A stretch of 64,000 nt of DNA from Christensenellaceae bacterium Phil1. GTDB lineage: Bacteria > Bacteroidota > Bacteroidia > Bacteroidales > Bacteroidaceae. The stretch spans positions 2,432 through 66,431 of the forward strand of contig CAVFYC010000003.1 in NCBI GenBank assembly GCA_963626585.1. The letters are read 5' to 3'. The position numbers and the translations under genes are program-made. Shown one piece after another: positions 54,507 to 64,000 of the stretch; position 1 is the first letter of the stretch; each line of letters begins with the position of its first letter. The notes under the pieces are model-generated. The model was not told the DNA's origin. It saw only the letters and a list, made by a program, of their open reading frames with translations, and searched no databases.

Positions 54507-55823
54507 ATGGACAACGAAGAGAAAATCAATCAGGAAAGTAACGGACAAAATCCGCGCTCCAATGCAAATGCAGGCGGTGTTCGTTATAAGAAAGTGAATG
54601 TGTATGATGGCGGTAATGCTTTCGACCGTCAGGATAGCCGCCCCTCATATCGTGGCAATAGCTATGGACGTGAACAGGGACGAAACTATCGTGGTTATCG
54701 TGAAAACAGCTATGGTAGAAACGAAGGCAATCGTCAAGGAGGAAGTGCCTATCGCCATGACAACAACGCCGGATATGGACGTGGCTATAACGGTTATGGA
54801 AATTCCGAACGCTATCAGCAGGAACGCCCCAGCCGTAATTATTCGTCGCAAGAGCGATACGGATATTCGCGTGGCGGATATAGTGGCGGTTCCTACCAAG
54901 ATCGTAGCGAACGTTACGGTCAACCGCAGGGATATGGCGAACGCCGTAGCGGAAGATACGAATATCAGCCGCGCAGAGACAGTTATGGTCGTGGCGGTGC
55001 CCCGCGTCAGCAGCGTTCCAACAATTATGGCGGTGGATACAACCCGGATGCAAAATATTCTTTGCGTAAGAGAATACAATACGCCGAAGAGAATTTTGAT
55101 CCCGAAGCACCAATTCGTTTGAATAAGTTTTTGTCGAACGCCGGCGTTTGTTCACGTCGTGATGCCGACAAATATATAACAGCTGGTGTGGTAACTGTAA
55201 ACGGCGAAACGGTAACAGAACTCGGCTCAAAGATTAAACGTAGTGATGTCGTGCGTTTCAATAACGAAACCGTCTCGATAGAAAAGAAAGTTTACGTACT
55301 TCTCAATAAACCCAAGGATTATGTAACAACGAGCGACGATCCTCAAAATCGTAAGACGGTTATGGATCTTGTGCGCAACGCTTGCCGTGAGAGAATTTAC
55401 CCGGTTGGTCGTCTCGACAGGAATACTACGGGTGTTCTTCTCCTTACAAATGATGGTGAATTGGCTTCTAAACTTACTCATCCCAAATACAAGAAGAAAA
55501 AAATCTATCATGCTTTTCTCGATCACAATGTGAATGCGGCCGACATGCAGCAGATTGCGAACGGTATCATGCTTGATGACGGCGAGGTGCATGCCGATGC
55601 CATAGAGTATGCTTCCCAAACAGACAAAAAGCAGGTTGGCATAGAAATCCACAGCGGAAAGAATCGTATTGTGCGTCGTATTTTCGAAAGCTTGGGATAT
55701 CATGTAACCAAACTCGACAGAGTTTATTTTGCCGGGCTTACCAAGAAAAATTTGCGTCGCGGTCAATGGCGTTATCTCTCGCAGGAGGAAGTGAATTATC
55801 TGAAAATGGGAGAATTTGAATAA
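54507..55823 (+). CDS. RluB/RsuA-family pseudouridine synthase with a ~190-aa N-terminal Arg/Gly/Tyr-rich low-complexity extension
   Basis: S4 domain ..IRLNKFLSNAGVCSRRDADKYI..; catalytic ..GRLDRNTTGVLLLTNDGEL... The N-terminus consists of repeated YGR/RGG/SYG units. Confidence 0.88.
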   Translation: MDNEEKINQESNGQNPRSNANAGGVRYKKVNVYDGGNAFDRQDSRPSYRGNSYGREQGRNYRGYRENSYGRNEGNRQGGSAYRHDNNAGYGRGYNGYGNSERYQQERPSRNYSSQERYGYSRGGYSGGSYQDRSERYGQPQGYGERRSGRYEYQPRRDSYGRGGAPRQQRSNNYGGGYNPDAKYSLRKRIQYAEENFDPEAPIRLNKFLSNAGVCSRRDADKYITAGVVTVNGETVTELGSKIKRSDVVRFNNETVSIEKKVYVLLNKPKDYVTTSDDPQNRKTVMDLVRNACRERIYPVGRLDRNTTGVLLLTNDGELASKLTHPKYKKKKIYHAFLDHNVNAADMQQIANGIMLDDGEVHADAIEYASQTDKKQVGIEIHSGKNRIVRRIFESLGYHVTKLDRVYFAGLTKKNLRRGQWRYLSQEEVNYLKMGEFE

Positions 55824-55870
55824 TTGGTGTAATTGCGTAAAGCGTTAACTATTAATCAAAGTAGAATAAT

Positions 55871-57268
55871 ATGTACAAGTCAAGAATTAAGATTGTAGAT
55901 CTTCTCAAGAGTGAGGATTTTGACAAGGTTGTTAATGTGAAAGGCTGGGTTAGAACTCGCCGTGGCAGCAAGTCTGTTAATTTTATCGCGCTTAATGACG
56001 GCTCTACAATAAAGAATATACAGGTGGTGGCTGACGTGAACGATTTTGACGAGGAATTGCTTAAACAGATAACCACTGGTGCTTGTTTGAGCGTTGACGG
56101 AAAACTTGTCAAGAGCATTGGCGGCGGTCAGAGCGTGGAAGTGCAAGCTACGAAAATCGAGGTTCTCGGTCCTTGCGGCGATGATTTCCCGATGCAGAAG
56201 AAAGGGCAGAGTTTTGAGTACATGCGTAAGTACGCTCACATGCGTCTCCGTACAAATACATTCGGCGCAGTTTTTCGCATACGCCACAACATGGCAATTG
56301 CAATCCACAAATATTTCCACGAACATGGCTTCTATTATTTCAATACGCCTATAATCACGGCAAGTGATTGCGAGGGCGCGGGCGAGATGTTTCAAGTTAC
56401 TACGCTTGACCTCAACCGTACGGGAAAAGACGGCGATGTTGCATACGACAGAGACTTCTTCGGAAAGAAAACAAGCCTTACGGTGAGCGGACAGCTTGAA
56501 GGAGAACTTGGTGCAACGGCTTTGGGAGCTATCTATACGTTCGGTCCTACGTTTCGTGCTGAGAATTCCAATACTCCGCGCCATTTGGCAGAGTTTTGGA
56601 TGATTGAGCCGGAAATTGCTTTCATGGATCAGACGGAATTGATGGATTTGGAAGAGGATTTCATCAAATATTGTGTGAACTGGGCTTTGGAAAATTGCAA
56701 GGACGACCTTGAATTCCTCAACAAGATGATTGACAAAAATCTTCTCGAAACGCTTAATTCTGTTGTCAAGGAGGATTTTGTTCGTCTGCCTTATACCGAG
56801 GGAATCAATATTCTTGAGAAAGCGGTTAAAGACGGTCATAAATTCGAATTCCCAATCACGGGTTGGGGCATGGATTTGAGCAGCGAGCACGAACGTTATC
56901 TGGTGGAGGAGTATTTCAAACGTCCTGTGATTATGACGGATTACCCGAGCGAAATCAAGGCGTTTTATATGAAGAAAAATCCCGACGGCAAGACGATGCA
57001 GGGTACCGATGTGCTTTTCCCGAGAATTGGCGAAATCATTGGCGGTTCGGTGCGCGAGGAAGATTACGACAAACTTGTTGGCGAAATCAAGGCTCGCGGA
57101 ATGGAAGAGGACAGTTACAGTTGGTATCTTGATACGCGCAAGTTTGGCAGTTGCCCGCATGCAGGTTTCGGCTTGGGCTTTGAGCGCCTCATTCTGTTTG
57201 TTACCGGCATGCAGAACATACGCGACGTGATTCCGTTCCCTCGTACTCCGAAGAATGCAATGTTCTAA
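55871..57268 (+). CDS. asnS: Asparaginyl-tRNA synthetase
   Basis: OB-fold N-terminus; class II motifs (..[21 protein letters not shown].., ..GFGLGFERL). Confidence 0.95.
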   Translation: MYKSRIKIVDLLKSEDFDKVVNVKGWVRTRRGSKSVNFIALNDGSTIKNIQVVADVNDFDEELLKQITTGACLSVDGKLVKSIGGGQSVEVQATKIEVLGPCGDDFPMQKKGQSFEYMRKYAHMRLRTNTFGAVFRIRHNMAIAIHKYFHEHGFYYFNTPIITASDCEGAGEMFQVTTLDLNRTGKDGDVAYDRDFFGKKTSLTVSGQLEGELGATALGAIYTFGPTFRAENSNTPRHLAEFWMIEPEIAFMDQTELMDLEEDFIKYCVNWALENCKDDLEFLNKMIDKNLLETLNSVVKEDFVRLPYTEGINILEKAVKDGHKFEFPITGWGMDLSSEHERYLVEEYFKRPVIMTDYPSEIKAFYMKKNPDGKTMQGTDVLFPRIGEIIGGSVREEDYDKLVGEIKARGMEEDSYSWYLDTRKFGSCPHAGFGLGFERLILFVTGMQNIRDVIPFPRTPKNAMF

Positions 57269-57290
57269 GAGAAAATAATTTCAAGAGTTA

Positions 57291-57334
57291 AAAATGCGGT
57301 GTGCAATGTTTTGCGCGCCGCATTTTTTGTTTTG
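57291..57334 (+). terminator. Intrinsic terminator after asnS
   Basis: AAAATGCGG (57291-57299) pairs with CCGCATTTT (57318-57326), followed by TTGTTTT. Confidence 0.65.
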
Positions 57335-57394
57335 CAAAGTTTGTGGCTTAATTTATATAGGTAATTTTGCCTCGCAATAAAATTTGGCGGTGTT

Positions 57395-58144
57395 ATGAAA
57401 ATGTTTCTAAGGTGTTTTCTTTTGGCATTGGTCTTTAATTCGTTTAATGCCGTTTTTGCCCAACTTGTAGTGAAAGGAAAGATTACCGATTCTGACGGCG
57501 CAGCGGTGGAGTTTGCTAATGTTTGTGTCGACAGCATTTATGTGATGTCTGATGCCAAGGGAAATTTCAAGATAAACGTGCCTCAAGGGATTAAAACGCC
57601 TATACAGGTGAGCCATATAAGCTATGAAACTGTTGATGTGGGTTATGCTGAATACAAAGGCGGAACTGTTTCTGTGGTGATGAAACCTCGCAGCAACCAA
57701 CTGCCGGATGTGGCTGTGGTAGGTGGGAAATCCAAGGCAAAGAGAATTGTGATCAAAGGAATGAAAATGCCCGGAGACGTAGCTTTCTCGGGTACCACTA
57801 CGGGAATGTATGCATATGGTCCGATTTTTAAGGTAAAGAAGAATTTTCTGGTCGATTCCATAAAATTTACGGTCTACGAATGCACTTATTCCGAGTGTTT
57901 GCTGCGCGTGATTATCTATGAAGAGAGCGGCAAGAACTTTGTTCCGGTGATGTCGAAGCCATTGTACGTGTCGTGTACGCCTTCGCAAAACGGCAAAGAC
58001 TTGGTTGTGGCGGTTGACGACCGCACTCTGTTGCAAAAAGGCCGTGTTTATTACGCTGCGCTCTGTCCTGTTTCAAGTACGGGAAAAGGAAAAGTGAGTT
58101 TTCGTGCCTATGCCCATAAAGGTTGTGCCTGGAATATAGACTAA
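57395..58144 (+). CDS. Carboxypeptidase-regulatory-like (CarboxypepD_reg) domain protein, secreted
   Basis: Signal peptide; ..VVKGKITDSDGAAVEFANVCV.. is typical of the N-terminal CarboxypepD_reg fold. Confidence 0.6.
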   Translation: MKMFLRCFLLALVFNSFNAVFAQLVVKGKITDSDGAAVEFANVCVDSIYVMSDAKGNFKINVPQGIKTPIQVSHISYETVDVGYAEYKGGTVSVVMKPRSNQLPDVAVVGGKSKAKRIVIKGMKMPGDVAFSGTTTGMYAYGPIFKVKKNFLVDSIKFTVYECTYSECLLRVIIYEESGKNFVPVMSKPLYVSCTPSQNGKDLVVAVDDRTLLQKGRVYYAALCPVSSTGKGKVSFRAYAHKGCAWNID

Positions 58145-58239
58145 CAACATACTGTAAAAAATCCCGGTTTCGATGGCAGCCGTTCTTGTAGGGAGAGAAA
58201 TGCTGTAAGGGGAATAAATACAATAAGTTAAGCCTTGTA

Positions 58240-58270
58240 AACACATTCTCCAAGAATGTGTTTTTTCTTT
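58240..58270 (+). terminator. Intrinsic terminator
   Basis: AACACATTC-TCCAA-GAATGTGTT followed by TTTTCTTTT. Confidence 0.65.
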
Positions 58271-58353
58271 TGCCGCATTTCGTGAAAACGATGTCAGACA
58301 TAATTTAAATTCCGACGCATCTAATTTAAATTAGGTCTGACATCGGAAAAACG
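58270..58353. repeat. Mosaic palindromic intergenic repeat, copy J (symmetric form)
   Basis: (TTGCCGCATTT)|CGTGAAAACG|ATGTCAGACAT|AATTTAAATT|CCGACGCATCT|AATTTAAATT|AGGTCTGACAT|CGGAAAAACG. Words start at (58270), 58291, 58312 and 58333. Confidence 0.88.
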
Positions 58354-58514
58354 GTATTTTGAGGCTGTTTTGTGATACCTAAATTGCAAAACAAAGTTTG
58401 CAAGAAAATTTACCCCACTATCATTTTTCTTTGTTTCTAAGTGCAAATCTTTCGTGTGTAGTGTGTCGCGGCCAATTATGTGGCAAATACTACTGAAAAT
58501 CCGTCTGAAAAATG

Positions 58515-58522
58515 TATCTTTG
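58515..58522 (+). promoter_or_regulatory. -7 box TATCTTTG upstream of the leu operon
   Basis: Exact TAnnTTTG match, 51 nt before leuA ATG 58573. Confidence 0.6.
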
Positions 58523-58572
58523 CATAGAATACCCCAATGGGTAAATTCAAGTGTGTAAAAAATAGAAAGCAA

Positions 58573-60081
58573 ATGAGTCAGAGACTATTTATATTCGACA
58601 CAACTCTTCGCGATGGCGAACAAGTGCCAGGCTGTCAGCTCAACACCGTAGAGAAAATCGAGGTGGCAAAGTTGCTCGAGGCATTGGGAGTAGATGTTAT
58701 AGAAGCCGGTTTCCCTATTTCGAGCCCCGGCGACTTCAAGTCTGTAATTGAAATATCAAAAGCCGTTACGTGGCCAACTATCTGCGCCCTTACAAGAGCC
58801 GTGGAAAAGGATATCGACGTGGCTGCCGATGCGTTGAAGTTCGCTAAACACAAGAGAATACATACGGGAATAGGAACTTCGGAATATCATATAAAGTACA
58901 AGTTCAATTCCACTCCCGAAAATATACTGGAACGCGCAGTTTCGGCCGTGAAGTATGCCAAACGATATGTGGAAGACGTGGAGTTTTATGCCGAAGATGC
59001 CGGTCGTACTGACAATGAATTTCTTGCCCGCGTGGTAGAGGCTGTGATTAAAGCCGGTGCCACGGTGGTCAATATCCCAGATACAACGGGCTATTGCCTG
59101 CCTGCGGAATACGGCGCAAAGATAAAATATCTCATGGAACACGTGGATGGCATAGAAAATGCCATTATATCCACACACTGCCATAACGACCTCGGAATGG
59201 CAACCGCTAACACTATCGAAGGTGTTATAAACGGAGCGCGCCAAGTGGAGGTAACTGTGAACGGTATAGGAGAACGTGCCGGCAATACCGCTCTCGAAGA
59301 AATCGCAATGATATGCAAGTGTCATCACAACCTTGATATCGACACCAATATCAATACGCAGAAAATCGCAGGTCTGAGCCGCACTGTTTCAAACCTGATG
59401 AATATGCCCGTGCAGCCCAACAAGGCTATCGTGGGTCGCAACGCGTTTGCACACTCTTCGGGAATACATCAAGACGGAATACTCAAAAACGTACAGACCT
59501 ACGAAATTATCAATCCAAACGACGTAGGGTTCAGCGACGATCAGATTGTGCTTACGGCACGAAGCGGCCGCGCTGCATTGAAACACCGTCTCGCAATCAA
59601 CGGAGTGGAACTTGATGGCGACAAACTTGACAAAGTTTATCAGGCGTTCCTTAAGTTGGCTGACAAGAAGAAAGAAGTTACCGACGACGACATATTGCTT
59701 CTCGCCGGTGCCGACCGCGATGAAAACCATCACATACGTCTTGACTACTTGCAGGTAACAAGCGGCGTCGGTTTGCGCAGTGTAGCAAGCATTGGACTGG
59801 ATATCGCAGGAGAGAAGTTTGAGGACGCAGCAACCGGAAACGGTCCTGTAGACGCAGCAATCAAGGCCCTGAAAAAGATAATCAACCGCAAGATGGTTTT
59901 GAAGGAGTTCACTATTCAGGCAATCAACAAAGGCTCTGACGATGTGGGAAAAGTTCACATGCAGGTGGAATACGAAGGAAGCGTTTACTATGGTTTCGGC
60001 GCAAATACCGATGTGGTGGCTGCCAGCGTGGAGGCTTATATAGATGCAATAAACAAGTTTCATAACAAGAAGGAAGATTAA
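58573..60081 (+). CDS. leuA: 2-isopropylmalate synthase
   Basis: [17 protein letters not shown].., HCHNDLGMA, and a C-terminal LeuA allosteric domain. ATG 58573 is preferred over the in-frame 58537. Confidence 0.92.
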   Translation: MSQRLFIFDTTLRDGEQVPGCQLNTVEKIEVAKLLEALGVDVIEAGFPISSPGDFKSVIEISKAVTWPTICALTRAVEKDIDVAADALKFAKHKRIHTGIGTSEYHIKYKFNSTPENILERAVSAVKYAKRYVEDVEFYAEDAGRTDNEFLARVVEAVIKAGATVVNIPDTTGYCLPAEYGAKIKYLMEHVDGIENAIISTHCHNDLGMATANTIEGVINGARQVEVTVNGIGERAGNTALEEIAMICKCHHNLDIDTNINTQKIAGLSRTVSNLMNMPVQPNKAIVGRNAFAHSSGIHQDGILKNVQTYEIINPNDVGFSDDQIVLTARSGRAALKHRLAINGVELDGDKLDKVYQAFLKLADKKKEVTDDDILLLAGADRDENHHIRLDYLQVTSGVGLRSVASIGLDIAGEKFEDAATGNGPVDAAIKALKKIINRKMVLKEFTIQAINKGSDDVGKVHMQVEYEGSVYYGFGANTDVVAASVEAYIDAINKFHNKKED

Positions 60082-60097
60082 AAACGTAAAGACTGAT

Positions 60098-61477
60098 ATG
60101 GCAAATACGCTATTTGACAAAATTTGGGACAAACATGTCGTCCAGCTTGTGGAAGACGGTCCTACGCAATTATATATAGACCGCCTTTATTGCCACGAGG
60201 TAACGAGTCCGCAGGCATTCGAAGGTCTGAGACAGCGCAACTTGAAATGTTTGCGTCCGGACAAAATATATTGTATGCCCGACCATAATACTCCTACACA
60301 CGATCAGGACAAACCGATAGCAGATCCCGTTTCGCGCAAACAAGTAGACACTCTTGAAAAAAATGCAAAGGAGTTCGGCTTGAATCATTTTGGCATGATG
60401 AATCCCAACAACGGTGTAATTCATGTTGTAGGCCCGGAACAAGGACTTTCTTTGCCCGGAATGACAATCGTGTGCGGCGACTCCCACACTTCGACGCATG
60501 GCGCGATGGGCGCTGTGGCTTTCGGTATCGGAACTTCCGAAGTAGAAATGGTTATGGCCTCGCAATGTATTCTCCAGCAGAAACCAAAATCGATGCGCAT
60601 CAGTGTTGAGGGAGAATTGGCCAAAGGCGTTACCGCAAAAGATATCGCCCTTTATATAATGAGTAAGTTGACAACCAGCGGTGCTACGGGATATTTTGTG
60701 GAATATGCCGGCTCAACAATCCGCAGTCTGTCAATGGAAGGAAGACTTACGTTGAGCAACCTCTCAATTGAAATGGGCGCGCGCGGAGGTTTTATAGCTC
60801 CCGACGAAACAACCTTTGAATATCTCAAAGGCAGAGCGCATGCTCCACAAGGTGAAGAATGGGAAAAAGCATTGGCATATTGGCGCACATTGAAGAGCGA
60901 TGACGATGCCGTGTTTGACAAGGAAATTAAATTTGACGCCGCAGATATCCAACCAATGATTACCTACGGAACAAACCCCGGCATGGGAATGGCTATCGAC
61001 GGCGTTATTCCGGAAACCGAAGACGAATCTGCAAAAAAATCTTTGGCTTATATGAAGTTCCAATCGGGAGAACAATTGATTGGAAAGCCCATTGATTATG
61101 TTTTCCTCGGAGCTTGTACGAATGGCCGCATAGAAGATTTCCGCGCTTTCGCAAGTGTGGTGCGCGGACACAAGAAAGCAGAAAACGTTGTGGCATGGCT
61201 TGTGCCCGGCTCTTGGAATGTGCTAAAACAGATCAAGGCAGAAGGTATCGACAAGGAACTTGAAGCAGCCGGTTTCGAGATTCGTCAGCCGGGTTGCAGT
61301 GCTTGTCTTGCCATGAACGATGATAAAATTCCCGCAGGAAAACTTTCCGTTTCCACAAGTAACCGTAATTTTGAAGGACGTCAGGGACCGGGGGCAAGGA
61401 CATGCCTTGCAAGTCCGTTGACAGCCGCTGCTGCAGCTATAACAGGAAAAATAACAGATCCGAGAACTTTGATTTAA
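60098..61477 (+). CDS. leuC: 3-isopropylmalate dehydratase large subunit
   Basis: ..[12 protein letters not shown].., ..[12 protein letters not shown].., ..GCSACLAMN.. Fe-S ligands. Confidence 0.95.
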   Translation: MANTLFDKIWDKHVVQLVEDGPTQLYIDRLYCHEVTSPQAFEGLRQRNLKCLRPDKIYCMPDHNTPTHDQDKPIADPVSRKQVDTLEKNAKEFGLNHFGMMNPNNGVIHVVGPEQGLSLPGMTIVCGDSHTSTHGAMGAVAFGIGTSEVEMVMASQCILQQKPKSMRISVEGELAKGVTAKDIALYIMSKLTTSGATGYFVEYAGSTIRSLSMEGRLTLSNLSIEMGARGGFIAPDETTFEYLKGRAHAPQGEEWEKALAYWRTLKSDDDAVFDKEIKFDAADIQPMITYGTNPGMGMAIDGVIPETEDESAKKSLAYMKFQSGEQLIGKPIDYVFLGACTNGRIEDFRAFASVVRGHKKAENVVAWLVPGSWNVLKQIKAEGIDKELEAAGFEIRQPGCSACLAMNDDKIPAGKLSVSTSNRNFEGRQGPGARTCLASPLTAAAAAITGKITDPRTLI

Positions 61478-61481
61478 AAAG

Positions 61482-62090
61482 ATGAAACAGAAATTCGATA
61501 TAGTACGTTCTACATGCGTACCTCTTCCTTTGGAAAACGTTGATACCGATCAGATAATTCCGGCCCGTTTCCTAAAAGCAACCGACAAAGAAGGCTTTGG
61601 AGACAATCTTTTTAGGGATTGGCGTTACAACAACGACGGTACAAAAAAAGATTTTGTCTTGAATGATCCTACTTATGGCGGAGAAATTCTTGTTGCCGGC
61701 AAAAACTTTGGCTGCGGTTCAAGTCGTGAACACGCTGCTTGGGCAATTGCTGGCTACGGCTTCCGGGTTGTTGTGAGTAGTTTCTTTGCTGATATTCACA
61801 AAAACAACGAACTTAACAATTTTGTCCTTCCTGTTGTCGTTAGTCCAGCTTTTCTAGAGGAACTTTTCGATAGTATTAAAAACGATCCCAAGACAATTGT
61901 TTCCGTAGACGTTCCTAATCAAACTATAACCAATGAAAAAACTGGTAATACGGAACATTTTGAACTTAACGGATACAAGAAATATTGTCTTACTCACGGA
62001 TTAGATGATATAGATTTCCTTTTGGAAACAAAGGATAAGATTGAGGCGTGGGAGAATTCCGACAATAATTTCTATAAAGTGCAGCAATAA
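61482..62090 (+). CDS. leuD: 3-isopropylmalate dehydratase small subunit
   Basis: ..VDTDQIIPARFLK.., ..GKNFGCGSSREHAAWA... Confidence 0.95.
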   Translation: MKQKFDIVRSTCVPLPLENVDTDQIIPARFLKATDKEGFGDNLFRDWRYNNDGTKKDFVLNDPTYGGEILVAGKNFGCGSSREHAAWAIAGYGFRVVVSSFFADIHKNNELNNFVLPVVVSPAFLEELFDSIKNDPKTIVSVDVPNQTITNEKTGNTEHFELNGYKKYCLTHGLDDIDFLLETKDKIEAWENSDNNFYKVQQ

Positions 62091-62102
62091 TCTGCGAAAA
62101 CG

Positions 62103-63644
62103 ATGAAAGAAGTAAGTGTTGATATTCTTGACACCACGTTGCGCGACGGAGAGCAAACCAATGGCGTTTCGTTTACGCCTAATGAAAAGCTAAACGTTGC
62201 GAGAACTTTACTTCAGAAGGTTGGTGTCAATCGTATCGAAGTTGCATCGGCACGTGTTTCCGAAGGGGAGCATCATGCGGTGGAACTTATTTGTCGTTGG
62301 GCAAAATCAGTCGGCATGTTAGACAGAGTAGAAGTACTCGGTTTTGTAGATGGACATGTTTCGGTTGATTGGATTCGGGATTGTGGTTGCAATACAATAG
62401 ACTTGCTTACCAAGGGCTCGCTCAATCATTTGAATTATCAGCTGTGCAAAACTCCTGCGGAGCATTTTGCCGATATAAAAGAGACCGTAGATTATGCGCA
62501 TAGCTTAGGCATGGTAGTAAATGCCTATGTTGAGGATTGGTCAAACGGCATGAAAACGTCGTTGGACTATGTGTACTCGCTGATTGAGCACCTTAATGCC
62601 ATTGGGGTAAAGCATATAATGTTGCCTGATACTTTGGGAATTCTCAATCCGCTTGAGGTTTTGGAGTATATCCACAAGATAATGCGTCGTTTCCCTGGTG
62701 TGTGTTTCGATTTCCATGCTCATAACGATTATGACTTGGCAATTTCCAACGTTTTGGCTGCTGTTCTTGCCGGTTGCCGCAATATACATGCTACGATCAA
62801 TGGCTTGGGAGAGCGTGCGGGAAATGCTCCGCTTGCAAGTGTGCAGGCAATATTGAAAGATCACTTCCACGCAAAAACAACGATAGACGAAAGTCAGCTC
62901 ATGCCGATAAGTAGACTTGTTGAGAGCTATTCTGGAATTTCTATCCCTGCCAATTCTCCGATTGTCGGCGAGAATGTGTTTACGCAGGTAGCTGGAGTCC
63001 ATGCCGACGGCGACAACAAACATCATTTATACTCCAATGCTTTGCTGCCTTCGCGTTTCGGTAGAATCAGGGAGTTTGCACTTGGCAAGAGTAGCGGTAA
63101 AGCTAATATTCTTAAGAACCTTGAAGCGCTTGGCTTGGAACTTACGCCCGAGCAAACCAAGCGCGTAACAAAACGTATCGTAGAGCTTGGCGACAAGAAG
63201 GAGATTGTAACGCAGGAGGACTTGCCTTATATCGTTTCCGACGTATTGAAACATGATACTCCGGAAGAGAAAGTTCGTCTTGTCAGTTATTTTGTTTCCA
63301 CGGCCTATGGATTGAAACCTTCTGCTTCGATGCGCTTAGAGATTGACGGCACTGAATACGAAGCACATTCTACGGGCGACGGACAGTATGATGCTTTTGC
63401 GAGTTGCATTCGGCAGATATACGAAGAGCGTCTGCACCGCAAGATGCCGGAACTGGTGAACTATAATGTTTCTATCCCGCCAGGAGGTCGCACAGACGCT
63501 TTTGTGCAAACGGTAATAACTTGGAATGTAAACGGAAAGGAGTTTCGCACGCGTGGCTTTGACGCAGACCAAACGGAGTCGGCTATCAAGGCTACCATTA
63601 AGATGCTCAATATAATGGAAAATAACAACCAAACAAAAATATAA
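62103..63644 (+). CDS. Second alpha-isopropylmalate/citramalate synthase-family enzyme (CimA-like)
   Basis: ..[17 protein letters not shown].., ..HAHNDYDLA.., C-terminal LeuA-dimer-type domain. It is a paralog of leuA and lies between leuD and leuB. Confidence 0.85.
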   Translation: MKEVSVDILDTTLRDGEQTNGVSFTPNEKLNVARTLLQKVGVNRIEVASARVSEGEHHAVELICRWAKSVGMLDRVEVLGFVDGHVSVDWIRDCGCNTIDLLTKGSLNHLNYQLCKTPAEHFADIKETVDYAHSLGMVVNAYVEDWSNGMKTSLDYVYSLIEHLNAIGVKHIMLPDTLGILNPLEVLEYIHKIMRRFPGVCFDFHAHNDYDLAISNVLAAVLAGCRNIHATINGLGERAGNAPLASVQAILKDHFHAKTTIDESQLMPISRLVESYSGISIPANSPIVGENVFTQVAGVHADGDNKHHLYSNALLPSRFGRIREFALGKSSGKANILKNLEALGLELTPEQTKRVTKRIVELGDKKEIVTQEDLPYIVSDVLKHDTPEEKVRLVSYFVSTAYGLKPSASMRLEIDGTEYEAHSTGDGQYDAFASCIRQIYEERLHRKMPELVNYNVSIPPGGRTDAFVQTVITWNVNGKEFRTRGFDADQTESAIKATIKMLNIMENNNQTKI

Positions 63645-63645
63645 G

Positions 63646-64000
63646 ATGAAATTAAAGATAGCTGTATTGGCTGGCGATGGCATAGGACCCGAAATATCAA
63701 AAGTAGGCGTTGATGTCATGGAGGCTGTGGCAAAGCGTTTTGGACACGAACTTTCTTATTTCCCCGCCATTTGTGGTGCTGCGGCAATTGACGCAGTGGG
63801 TGATCCTTTCCCCGAGGAAACTTACAACACATGCAAGGATTGCGACGCTGTGTTCTTTTCGGCTGTGGGCGATCCCAAGTTTGACAACAATCCTGCGGCA
63901 AAGGTTCGTCCCGAGCAGGGTTTGCTTGCAATGCGCAAGAAGCTTGGTTTGTACGCCAACATTCGTCCGGTGCAAACGTTCGCTTGCCTGCTCCACAAGT
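63646..64000 (+). CDS. leuB: 3-isopropylmalate dehydrogenase; 3' end lies outside the window
   Basis: My own translation from ATG 63646: [39 protein letters not shown]... The frame is open to the window end and is not listed in the ORF track. Confidence 0.9.
   Translation, partial: MKLKIAVLAGDGIGPEISKVGVDVMEAVAKRFGHELSYFPAICGAAAIDAVGDPFPEETYNTCKDCDAVFFSAVGDPKFDNNPAAKVRPEQGLLAMRKKLGLYANIRPVQTFACLLHK

Noticed and set aside
54526-55230. Multiple overlapping ORFs in several frames across the 5' third of the rluB-like gene (54598-55122 plus, 54645-55079 minus, 54526-55230 minus).
   Set aside because: They are artefacts of the repetitive, stop-poor codon composition of the RG/Y-rich region. Only the frame continuous with the S4 and pseudouridine-synthase domains makes sense.
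58537-58572. The upstream in-frame ATG ([12 protein letters not shown]) before leuA could be a leucine leader peptide or attenuator.
   Set aside because: It is in frame with leuA with no intervening stop, contains no Leu codons, and no alternative terminator/antiterminator hairpins follow it.

Overview
This is a gene-dense chromosomal segment of a Bacteroidales (Bacteroidota) genome. The lineage call is an inference from the Bat aerotolerance genes, T9SS C-terminal sorting domains, a DUF6377 regulator, the ileS-dksA-lspA and sigma54 activator-lptE-secG gene orders, and many TAnnTTTG -7 promoter boxes. I call 49 CDS and one tRNA-Gly(GCC). Most are housekeeping genes: sucCD, ruvC, pdxJ, nadK, yggS, rsmG, tamB, serS, ileS, lspA, secG, ugd, purB, rluB-like, asnS and a leuA-leuC-leuD-cimA-like-leuB operon. 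There is also a small glycan/esterase cluster (GH3, TonB-dependent-receptor-like barrel, carboxylesterase, nucleoside hydrolase, DUF6377 regulator) and an unusual secreted 3xLamG-TIG-GDPD protein. I see no transposase, integrase, cas genes, CRISPR array or recognisable defence island. The main signal that gene annotation does not explain is a family of ten intergenic mosaic repeats of about 70-110 bp, roughly one per 6.4 kb, and never inside a CDS. Each copy is built from 11-nt words taken from a small vocabulary and used in either orientation. The words are separated by 10-nt spacers, mostly the self-complementary AATTTAAATT or AGTTTTTACG/CGTAAAAACT, in an almost invariant 21-nt register. Some word pairs form perfect 32-nt palindromes followed by a T-run, which looks like an intrinsic terminator; other copies contain no complementary word pair. 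The grammar resembles enterobacterial BIME/REP mosaics, but I do not recognise the sequence, and its function and mobility are unproven. Coordinates of terminators, promoter boxes and repeat words were counted by hand from the printed sequence.
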